The notes beneath the pieces are model-generated. The model saw only the letters and a list, made by a program, of their open reading frames with translations, was not told the DNA's origin and searched no databases. Made by a program: the position numbers and the translations under genes. Source: Actinomycetes bacterium (GTDB lineage: Bacteria > Actinomycetota > Actinomycetes > Nanopelagicales > Nanopelagicaceae). Taken from it: a DNA stretch of 64,000 nucleotides. Of this stretch, positions 56,557-64,000 are shown in pieces; position 1 is the first letter of the stretch; each line of letters starts with the position of its first letter. The stretch lies in contig JAYVQU010000039.1 in NCBI GenBank assembly GCA_043776875.1, positions 29,239 through 93,238 on the forward strand. Direction: 5' to 3'.

Positions 56557-57611
56557 GACAGATACTTATCTCGGGTGCATTTGCAATGGTGTTCGCGCTC
56601 TTTGGAACGCCGATATTGATTCGCCTCCTGACCAAAAAGGGCTATGGGCAAATAATACGCGATGATGGTCCAAGTGGCCACCACATTAAGCATGGCACCC
56701 CAACAATGGGTGGAATTATTTTCATTCTTGCCGCGATACTTGGATATCTGTGCGCCCACTTAGTAACTGGAAATCCGGTTACGGCATCAGCCTTGCTAGT
56801 AATTGGATTAGTTCTTGCTTTGGGATTTATTGGTTTTCTAGATGACTGGTTAAAAGTCTCTAAACAAAACTCTCGCGGATTAAAGGGTCGGTATAAACTA
56901 GCTGGACAAGCAATTTCAGCGGGTGTTTTTGGATATCTTGGACTTCAGTTTGTTGACCAAGATTCACTAACTCCGATTTCACAATATCTTTCTGGCGTTC
57001 GCGAGACAAGTATCTATTTAGGATCTGCCTTAGTTGTAATGTGGATTATTTTGATGGTTATGTCAGCAAGTAATGGCGTAAACCTAACGGATGGTTTAGA
57101 TGGTTTAGCAATAGGCGCATCGATTATGACATTTCTGGCTTTCGTGCTCATTGGAGTTTGGGAGTTTGGACAAAGCTGTGCAATTAATGCAGCGACAGGT
57201 TGTTATGCAGTTCGGGATCCACTTGATTTAGCGGTACTTGCGGCCGCATTTGCCGGAGGTTGCACTGGGTTCCTGTGGTGGAACACCGCGCCAGCAAAAA
57301 TAATCATGGGCGACACTGGTTCATTAGCACTTGGTGGCGCGATCGCAGCAATAGCGGCAACTTTGAGAGTGCAGCTACTCCTCATTCCACTTGGAGGGTT
57401 ATTTGTAATAATCACTTTGTCGGTATTATTTCAAACTTTGTATTTCAAAATCAGCGGTGGCAAACGAGTATTTAGAATGGCACCATTGCATCATCACTTT
57501 GAATTGAAGGGATGGGCTGAAATCACAGTTGTAATTCGTTTTTGGATAGTCGCTGGCTTGTCAGTAGCACTTGGATTAGGGCTGTTTTATGCCCAGTGGG
57601 TTGTTAAATAA
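56553..57611 (+). CDS. mraY: Phospho-MurNAc-pentapeptide transferase
   Basis: GTPTMGG, GFLDDW, NGVNLTDGLDGL, MGDTGSL, MAPLHHHFE. Confidence 0.96.
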   Translation: MRQILISGAFAMVFALFGTPILIRLLTKKGYGQIIRDDGPSGHHIKHGTPTMGGIIFILAAILGYLCAHLVTGNPVTASALLVIGLVLALGFIGFLDDWLKVSKQNSRGLKGRYKLAGQAISAGVFGYLGLQFVDQDSLTPISQYLSGVRETSIYLGSALVVMWIILMVMSASNGVNLTDGLDGLAIGASIMTFLAFVLIGVWEFGQSCAINAATGCYAVRDPLDLAVLAAAFAGGCTGFLWWNTAPAKIIMGDTGSLALGGAIAAIAATLRVQLLLIPLGGLFVIITLSVLFQTLYFKISGGKRVFRMAPLHHHFELKGWAEITVVIRFWIVAGLSVALGLGLFYAQWVVK

Positions 57612-57614
57612 TTC

Positions 57615-58994
57615 ATGACTATCGACTTTGCCAATCAACGATTCTTAATTTTGGGAGCAGGTGTAACCGGCTTAGCTGTTGCCCGATCCTTAATTTCGAG
57701 GTCAGGAAAAGTCACCGTTGTAGATGATAATTCGGTAGATGCAATTAGACCTGAGACGGTTGATCTAAAAAACTTTGATGCAGTAGTTATCTCACCAGGT
57801 TGGCGACAAGACCATCCCTTAGTAAAAGCGGCCTTAAACAGTGATCTTGAAATTTTCAATGAGATTGACTTGGCTTGGCAGATACGGTCAGAGGTAGCAC
57901 CGAAACAAAAGTGGTTGGCATTAACTGGCACAAATGGCAAAACGACAACAGTTGAAATGACGGTCAAGATTTTGCAAAAGGCAGGCTTAAAGGTGGTGGC
58001 TTGTGGAAATGTCGGCGACACAGTTATCGATGCGGTAGATCGAGCAGACCCATACGATTATTTAATCTTGGAGCTTTCTAGTTTTCAATTGCACTGGGCT
58101 AAGCAAGCACACTTTGTTAGTGCTGCTATTTTAAATATTGCAGATGACCACCTTGATTGGCATGGCAGTTTTGAATCATATGCGCAGGCAAAGTTTTCTA
58201 TTCTTGAAAATACTGAAATAGGGATCCTAAATGCAGATGACCCGCAAGTCCTTGCTCGTGCTAATCGTTGGCAGGGGCGTAAAGTTTTCTTCTCACTTAA
58301 TACACCTGGACCAGGTGAAATTGGAGTTGTCGAAGATCTCCTGGTGGATCGTGCATTTGTAGCTGACCCGCAACAGGCGAGCATGATCTGTGAACTTGTT
58401 GATGTTAAGCCAACGATTCCACACAACATTTCAAATGCGCTTGCCGCTGCCGCCCTTGCGCGCTCGGTCAACGTCTCCCACGAAATCATTCAAAAGGCGT
58501 TGCAGGAATATCACCCAGGACGCCATCGCATTGAAACGATTTTTGAATCTGACTCCATTTCTTGGGTGGATGATTCAAAGGCGACAAATCCTCATGCGGC
58601 ATCTGCATCTTTGATCTCGCACTTATCAGTTGTCTGGATAGCTGGGGGATTGGCTAAGGGTGCCGATATGCGCGCCCTGATTCAGCGGTGCCAAAAACGA
58701 ATAAAGGCGGTCATCCTCATAGGTACCGACCGAAATTTGATTGAGCAAGCACTGATTGAATTTGCCCCAGAGATTGTGCGCGTAAAGATTGATCCACCTT
58801 CAAATTACATCCGTGGATCAGACTCTAACTCCTTCATGGAGCGGGTAGTTTCGCAAGCTGCAATATTTGCGGTAGCAGGCGACACCGTATTGCTGGCTCC
58901 GGCATGTGCTTCCATGGATCAGTTCATTTCCTATGCCGATCGAGGAGATCGCTTTGCGGCGGCGGTTAATAAGTTGGTCGCACATGAAAATTGA
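57615..58994 (+). CDS. murD: UDP-MurNAc-L-Ala:D-Glu ligase
   Basis: ISPG, LTGTNGKTTT, ELSSFQL, DDSKATN, LAPACASMDQF. Confidence 0.96.
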   Translation: MTIDFANQRFLILGAGVTGLAVARSLISRSGKVTVVDDNSVDAIRPETVDLKNFDAVVISPGWRQDHPLVKAALNSDLEIFNEIDLAWQIRSEVAPKQKWLALTGTNGKTTTVEMTVKILQKAGLKVVACGNVGDTVIDAVDRADPYDYLILELSSFQLHWAKQAHFVSAAILNIADDHLDWHGSFESYAQAKFSILENTEIGILNADDPQVLARANRWQGRKVFFSLNTPGPGEIGVVEDLLVDRAFVADPQQASMICELVDVKPTIPHNISNALAAAALARSVNVSHEIIQKALQEYHPGRHRIETIFESDSISWVDDSKATNPHAASASLISHLSVVWIAGGLAKGADMRALIQRCQKRIKAVILIGTDRNLIEQALIEFAPEIVRVKIDPPSNYIRGSDSNSFMERVVSQAAIFAVAGDTVLLAPACASMDQFISYADRGDRFAAAVNKLVAHEN

Positions 58995-60150
58995 TCAAAA
59001 AGAGAATTTCTTTAATAAACCAGTCAATCTTTACTACATGCTGTTAGGAAGCGCGCTCTCGCTCAGTGTTCTCGGATTGATTATGGTCTTTTCGGCATCT
59101 TCAATTCACTCACTTGAATCAAGAGGCTCCACCTTTGCCATTGTTTTACGTCAATTTATTTTTTTGGTATTCTCAATTCCGATGGCTTGGGTACTCTCAA
59201 GATTGTCACTAACACAATGGAAAGTCATTGCACCTTTTGGCGTATCGGTTTCGGTAATTCTCTTACTTATTGTGCAGGTTATTGGTAAGAGTGTGAATGG
59301 AAACCGAAACTGGATTAGCTTGGGCTTTGTTGATGTTCAGCCGAGCGAGATCGCCAAATTTCTCATGATTTTGTGGGCGGGTTACATACTTGCAAAGCGT
59401 GAGCGAGCTGGGGCAATTCAAAGCAATGTAGTTGCACTGATTGGGCCTGCCTTTTTGCTGTGCATGATCCTTGTCATGGCTGGACGTGACTTAGGGACAG
59501 CATCAGTCTTTGCCTTTATTGTGGCAGGTTTATTGTGGGTGTCTGGCTTACGATTGGGTATTTTTGGAATTGGCCTGGCTGCAGGATTTGCCACACTTGC
59601 TGTTCTCATTCTTACATCACCCTACCGCGTAGAACGCTTTGCCGTCTTTTTAAATCCTTTCGCCGAAGATCAATACAAATTATATGGCTGGCAACCCGCA
59701 CACAGCTTATTGGGCCTGGCAAGTGGTGGCTTGTTTGGTGTCGGCCTTGGTGCCAGCCGACAAAAATGGGGAAATCTTGCGGAAGCACATACCGACTTTA
59801 TCTTTGCTGTAATTGGTGAAGAGTTGGGATTATTTGGAACCCTTACAACCTTGTTGTTATTTATTATTTTCTTATTCGCTATCTTTAAACTTGCGTTGCG
59901 CGCACATGATCCAATGGTCCGATACGTTTGCGCCGGAATTGGATGTTGGATTGCGATTCAAGCTATCCTTAATATTGGTTCTGCCATTAGTGTTTTGCCT
60001 GTGGTTGGCGTGACTTTGCCACTAGTTTCATACGGAGGTTCTGCTTTAGTTGCAACCTACATGGGTATCGGTTTTGTACTGGGTGCAGCTCGTCGAGACC
60101 CAATAATCTATAAAGAGTTGCAAGCAACGGGGAGCAAATGGCTACGATAA
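58984..60150 (+). CDS. ftsW: SEDS family protein FtsW
   Basis: NGNRNWI, QPSEIAK, DLGT, HTDFIFAVIGEE, LPLVSYGGS. Start set to ATG 58984. Confidence 0.95.
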   Translation: MKIDQKENFFNKPVNLYYMLLGSALSLSVLGLIMVFSASSIHSLESRGSTFAIVLRQFIFLVFSIPMAWVLSRLSLTQWKVIAPFGVSVSVILLLIVQVIGKSVNGNRNWISLGFVDVQPSEIAKFLMILWAGYILAKRERAGAIQSNVVALIGPAFLLCMILVMAGRDLGTASVFAFIVAGLLWVSGLRLGIFGIGLAAGFATLAVLILTSPYRVERFAVFLNPFAEDQYKLYGWQPAHSLLGLASGGLFGVGLGASRQKWGNLAEAHTDFIFAVIGEELGLFGTLTTLLLFIIFLFAIFKLALRAHDPMVRYVCAGIGCWIAIQAILNIGSAISVLPVVGVTLPLVSYGGSALVATYMGIGFVLGAARRDPIIYKELQATGSKWLR

Positions 60151-61214
60151 TTTTTGCAGGGGGCGGAACAGCCGGCCATATAGAGCCAGCGTTAGCCGTT
60201 GCCAGGCAGTGGAAATTAACAAAACCAACTGATAAATGTATCTTTCTTGGCACAATTTCTGGTTTGGAAAATTCATTAGTTCCTGCGGCTGGTTTTGCTC
60301 TTGCTTTGATTCCGAAAGTTAAGATATCGCGCAACCCATCTGGAAGTTGGATACGTATTCCATTCGATTTGATCTCATCGGTGAATGCCTGCCGAAAGGT
60401 AATCAAAGGGGCGGATCTTCTTATCGGATTTGGTGGTTATGTCAGCGCTCCGGCATATATCGCCGCAAAAATTGCTAGCGTCCCAATTCTTATTCATGAA
60501 GCCAACGCAAAGCCAGGTTGGGCAAATCGTTTAGGGTCAATATTTACCAAGCATTTAGCAGTAGCCCACCAGGTCGAATCGGGCCGATTTTCGAAAGCAT
60601 TATTGACCGGGTTGCCATTGCGCTTAGATGTGGTCGCTGCCTTCGAGGAAGCAAAAAATGATTGGAGTAAAGCTCGTCGGGAAGCTAAAGTTCGACTGGG
60701 ATTTAGTGAGGTTTCGCCACTTATTTTTATTTTGGGAGGCTCCCAAGGCTCGGTCGCGCTAAATCAAGTTTTGCAATCCAGTGTTGAATATTTGAATAAA
60801 CAGGGATATTCGGTACTTCACTCTGTAGGTCGATCAAATCTCTTGCCAGCATCGACTGGACAGTACAAACCAGTGCCCTATGTGGATGCGATGGCAGATG
60901 CCTACTTGGCAGCTGATTTGATTATTGGGCGAAGTGGGGCGGTTACCTGCAGCGAATTTCGCGCCCTCGGTCGCTACGCTCTTTTCGTGCCGCTACCTAT
61001 TGGAAATGGTGAACAATTTGTCAACGCAGCCAGTCTGGTCCAGGATGGGCGGGCAAAAGTTGTTGATCAGAGATTCTTTACTTCAGAGTTTCTGAAAACA
61101 AATTTGGCTGGATTACTAAAGGATTCTGCGCAAACTCCAATTGCTGGAAATGGCCAGGATTTAATGGCGACGCAAAAGATTGCGGCATTAGCTGCATTTG
61201 CGATGAGCTCATGA
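60138..61214 (+). CDS. murG: Lipid II GlcNAc transferase
   Basis: GGGTAGHI, GFGGYVS, HEANA, GGSQG, RSGA, EQFVNA. Confidence 0.96.
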   Translation: MATIIFAGGGTAGHIEPALAVARQWKLTKPTDKCIFLGTISGLENSLVPAAGFALALIPKVKISRNPSGSWIRIPFDLISSVNACRKVIKGADLLIGFGGYVSAPAYIAAKIASVPILIHEANAKPGWANRLGSIFTKHLAVAHQVESGRFSKALLTGLPLRLDVVAAFEEAKNDWSKARREAKVRLGFSEVSPLIFILGGSQGSVALNQVLQSSVEYLNKQGYSVLHSVGRSNLLPASTGQYKPVPYVDAMADAYLAADLIIGRSGAVTCSEFRALGRYALFVPLPIGNGEQFVNAASLVQDGRAKVVDQRFFTSEFLKTNLAGLLKDSAQTPIAGNGQDLMATQKIAALAAFAMSS

Positions 61215-62596
61215 AGCCAACACTTGCATCACTCGTTGGCAAGCGTCTTCATTTCATCGGAATTGGCGGCGCCGGCATGAGTGGTTTGGCTCGCATCGCA
61301 CTGTCTCATGGGATTATTGTGAGCGGTTCAGACACCAAGGATTCTTCAGTACTTGTTGCACTTTCAGCGCTAGGTGCCTCGATTACCACCTTACATGAAG
61401 CAGATAATGTTGATGGAGCAGATCTGGTCGTCTTCTCAAATGCAATCTCTGCCACAAATGTAGAACGAGTTCGCGCCCAGGAATTAAATCTGCCAATACT
61501 TACTCGCGCGAGAACACTTTCGGTTTTGATGTCAGAATCTAAGAGCATTGCAGTTGCCGGTACCCACGGAAAGACAACTACTTCTTCGATGTTGGCAGTC
61601 GCATTACAATCATGTTCGGCAGATCCGTCTTTTGCAATTGGTGGAAATATCACCGCCTCCGGATCCAATGCCCATCACGGTACAGGCAAAATCTTCGTTG
61701 CCGAGGCCGATGAATCGGATGGATCCTTTATTGAATACCATCCATTTGCGGCAATTGTTACAAATATTGAACATGATCATGTGGATTTCTTCGCAACTCC
61801 AGAATCTGTGGCACAAGCTTTTGCGGATTTTGCTGCAACCATTCAAGAAAATGGATTTTTAACTTATTGTGCTGATGATGTAGGCGCGCAAAGACTTGCA
61901 GCTGTTGTGGCAAAAATTGAGCTTGTTTCTTATGGAACTTCGGAATCTTCGCACTTACATATTGATCACATTGAACTACTTGCCATGGGTTCACGTGCGC
62001 GCGCTATTTGGCACGGAAAGAGTGTTGGCTACATCGAACTTCAAGTTCCTGGACACCACAATTTATTAAACGCAGCAGCGGTGCTTGCTACCGGCTTAAA
62101 GTTGGGCTTTCCGGCATCCCAATTACTTACTGGCCTAAGTGTTTTCAGAGGAACTGGACGTCGCTTTGAACTTATGGGAACTGTGCATGGAGTTCGCGTG
62201 ATCGATGATTACGGTCATCACCCCACTGAAATTCAAGTAACGCTAGCTGCGGCAAGACGACTGGCAGGCGAAGGTCGCCTAATTGTCATCTTCCAGCCCC
62301 ACCGTTTCTCCCGAACTCAGGCATTTGCTGCGGGATTTTCTAAAGCGTTAGATAAAGCCGATCGCGTATTCGTTTTAGAAATTTATGCAGCAAGTGAAAA
62401 ACCTTTGGCAGGCGTTACTTCCAAATTGATTACTTCGCAGATGGCAAGAGGAATGTATACGCCTAATTTTGTTGAGGTTACAGATTTAGTTGTCGCAATG
62501 GCACAACCAGGAGATGTAATTATGACGCTAGGTGCCGGAGATGTAAGTTCGCTTGCGCCAATTATCATAGATGGCCTGAATCGACGTTTTGCTTAA
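61211..62596 (+). CDS. murC: UDP-MurNAc:L-Ala ligase
   Basis: IGIGGAGMSG, AGTHGKTTT, EADESD, DDYGHHPTEI, FQPHR, LGAGD. Confidence 0.96.
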   Translation: MKPTLASLVGKRLHFIGIGGAGMSGLARIALSHGIIVSGSDTKDSSVLVALSALGASITTLHEADNVDGADLVVFSNAISATNVERVRAQELNLPILTRARTLSVLMSESKSIAVAGTHGKTTTSSMLAVALQSCSADPSFAIGGNITASGSNAHHGTGKIFVAEADESDGSFIEYHPFAAIVTNIEHDHVDFFATPESVAQAFADFAATIQENGFLTYCADDVGAQRLAAVVAKIELVSYGTSESSHLHIDHIELLAMGSRARAIWHGKSVGYIELQVPGHHNLLNAAAVLATGLKLGFPASQLLTGLSVFRGTGRRFELMGTVHGVRVIDDYGHHPTEIQVTLAAARRLAGEGRLIVIFQPHRFSRTQAFAAGFSKALDKADRVFVLEIYAASEKPLAGVTSKLITSQMARGMYTPNFVEVTDLVVAMAQPGDVIMTLGAGDVSSLAPIIIDGLNRRFA

Positions 62597-62599
62597 ATT

Positions 62600-63238
62600 A
62601 TGAGACGTAAAATTTTTCTTTTAATCTCGGCAATTGTATTGGTGTTGGCAACCTATATTCTGGGCTACTCCACCTTTTTTACGGTAAGCGGCGTTGAAAT
62701 TATTGGATCTCGAACAACTTTGAATCCAGGTGTTGTTCCAGGGCAAAAACTTGCCCGAGTGGAGCCAAATGTAATTGCCGCAAAGTTTGAAACACTCAAT
62801 TGGGTAGAAAATGCAAAGGTTTCTCGTAACTGGATTAGCGGCAAGGTCACAATTGAATTAGTGGAAAGGACCCCGGTGGCAATTTTTAATAATCAAGTCA
62901 TCGATGCTTCTGGAAAGAGTTTTGTGCTCCAAGGCCCGGCGCCGCCCCAGCTAGTTCAAATACAAGCAGGTGGGATAGAGGCTGCGGTGATGGCAGTTGA
63001 ATTTATTGCCGTCTTACCCGCCGATCTAAAGCGGTCGCTGAAGATTCTCAAAGTTAGTAGCACTAATGCTCTAGTTCTCAAAGTCGAAGCTGGCTCACGG
63101 AAATTAGAAATACGGTGGGGTACCAACACTGAGAACGAGTTGAAATTGAAGGTCTATCAAGCACTCATTGCTCTTTCGGAAAATGCGACAATCGAGCGAA
63201 TTGATGTATCTGCTCCACATGCACCAATTGTTAAATAA
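62600..63238 (+). CDS. ftsQ: Cell division protein FtsQ/DivIB (compact)
   Basis: N-terminal TM, POTRA-like segment, IELVERTPVA, IDVSAPHAP; between murC and ftsZ. Confidence 0.85.
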   Translation: MRRKIFLLISAIVLVLATYILGYSTFFTVSGVEIIGSRTTLNPGVVPGQKLARVEPNVIAAKFETLNWVENAKVSRNWISGKVTIELVERTPVAIFNNQVIDASGKSFVLQGPAPPQLVQIQAGGIEAAVMAVEFIAVLPADLKRSLKILKVSSTNALVLKVEAGSRKLEIRWGTNTENELKLKVYQALIALSENATIERIDVSAPHAPIVK

Positions 63239-63354
63239 AATTTCAAAAATTGAGAAAAAATTTGAGTGGCACGACACGTTAAACAATTCATGTCGGTGTT
63301 TGATAATCGCCCCTGCGCGCTTTAAGTTCGGCTCATCGAAAAGTAATGAATTAT

Positions 63355-63379
63355 AAGGCTCAACTAGAGGTTTATGGTT
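63355..63379 (+). promoter_or_regulatory. Candidate FtsR-type regulatory site upstream of ftsZ
   Basis: AAGGCTCAACTAGAGGTTTATGGTT just before SD AAGGAGG. It resembles, from memory, the conserved actinobacterial ftsZ upstream motif. Confidence 0.45.
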
Positions 63380-63395
63380 CATAAGGAGGAATAAA

Positions 63396-64000
63396 GTGGC
63401 TTCACCACAAAATTATTTAGCGGTCATCAAAGTTGTTGGCATTGGTGGCGGTGGAGTTAACGCAATCAATCGAATGATCGATGTCGGTTTAAAAGGCGTT
63501 GAGTTCATTGCGATCAATACAGATGCACAACATTTATTAATGAGCGATGCGGATGTAAAACTAGATATCGGTCGCAAGACAACACGAGGTCTTGGTGCCG
63601 GCATGGATCCCGAAAAAGGTCGCGAAGCAGCACTTGATCATGTAGATGATATCGAAGAAATATTGCGCGGTGCTGACATGGTATTTGTTACCGCAGGTGA
63701 AGGTGGTGGAACCGGAACTGGCGCAGCTCCAGTGGTTGCAAAAATTGCCAAAGAAATCGGAGCGCTGACAATTGGTGTGGTAACTCGGCCATTCTCTTTT
63801 GAGGCAAAGCTTCGCGCAACACAAGCCGACGTTGGTATCGAAGCCTTACGTGCAGAAGTGGATACCTTGATTGTTATTCCAAATGATCGCCTACTTGCAA
63901 TCTCAGATCGACAGATCACTTTGGCCGATGCCTTTAAAAGCGCAGACCAAGTTTTACTCTCTGGCGTTCAGGGAATTACCGAAATAATTACCCAGCCTGG
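63396..64000 (+). CDS. ftsZ: Cell division protein FtsZ (truncated by window end; missing from ORF track)
   Basis: GTG at 63396 after AAGGAGG; translates [26 protein letters not shown]...NTDAQ...GLGAG...GEGGGTGTG. Confidence 0.97.
   Translation, partial: MASPQNYLAVIKVVGIGGGGVNAINRMIDVGLKGVEFIAINTDAQHLLMSDADVKLDIGRKTTRGLGAGMDPEKGREAALDHVDDIEEILRGADMVFVTAGEGGGTGTGAAPVVAKIAKEIGALTIGVVTRPFSFEAKLRATQADVGIEALRAEVDTLIVIPNDRLLAISDRQITLADAFKSADQVLLSGVQGITEIITQP

Noticed and set aside
1-64000. Prophage, IS, integrase, tRNA, rRNA or defence system
   Set aside because: No such ORFs or structural signatures were recognised by eye; a tRNAscan/Infernal run would be needed to exclude small RNAs formally.

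Overview
Core-chromosome segment of an actinobacterium. Gene content (SepH, DUF3040, DUF7455, class II DAHP synthase, GlgM-type glgA, mraW RNA motif, dcw cluster without ftsA), low GC for the phylum and very short intergenic spacers suggest a streamlined freshwater acI/Nanopelagicales-type genome; this is inference. Gene order: sigA, CDGSH, DUF7455, parE-like, ABC-F, parC-like, pseudouridine salvage, phosphodiesterase, sepH, MFS, suhB, rplS-lepB-rnhB-yraN-comM-dprA-era, glgA/glgC, xylB, pfkA, aroG, ogt, ltaE, nfo, PASTA kinase, a TPP-like riboswitch with a P-loop kinase, a carotenoid cluster (crtYc/Yd, crtB, crtI, crtE, crtD-like, GT2, cruF, crtA) interrupted by metF, a small decaying sulfur-transport patch, a LexA-boxed DUF6504-dnaE2-dinB cassette, and the dcw cluster from mraZ to a truncated ftsZ. 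I saw no rRNA, tRNA, CRISPR array, integrase or transposase. Best leads: (1) a TPP-riboswitch variant that keeps the pyrimidine-sensing half but lacks the pyrophosphate-sensing UGA, controlling a 21-codon ORF and a uridine-kinase-like gene; (2) a type IIA topoisomerase A subunit ending exactly at the CTD boundary; (3) an ImuA/ImuB-free SOS mutagenesis cassette; (4) a 9-nt complement between the mraW-motif loop and the rsmH ribosome-binding site; (5) an in-frame internally deleted mini-SulP and a perfect 15-2-15 inverted repeat; (6) pervasive leaderless and TA-overlapping bidirectional promoters. All family assignments are by-eye motif recognition, not database searches. Several starts were moved downstream of the ORF-track start where a -10 box, Shine-Dalgarno (SD) or stop/start overlap supported it.
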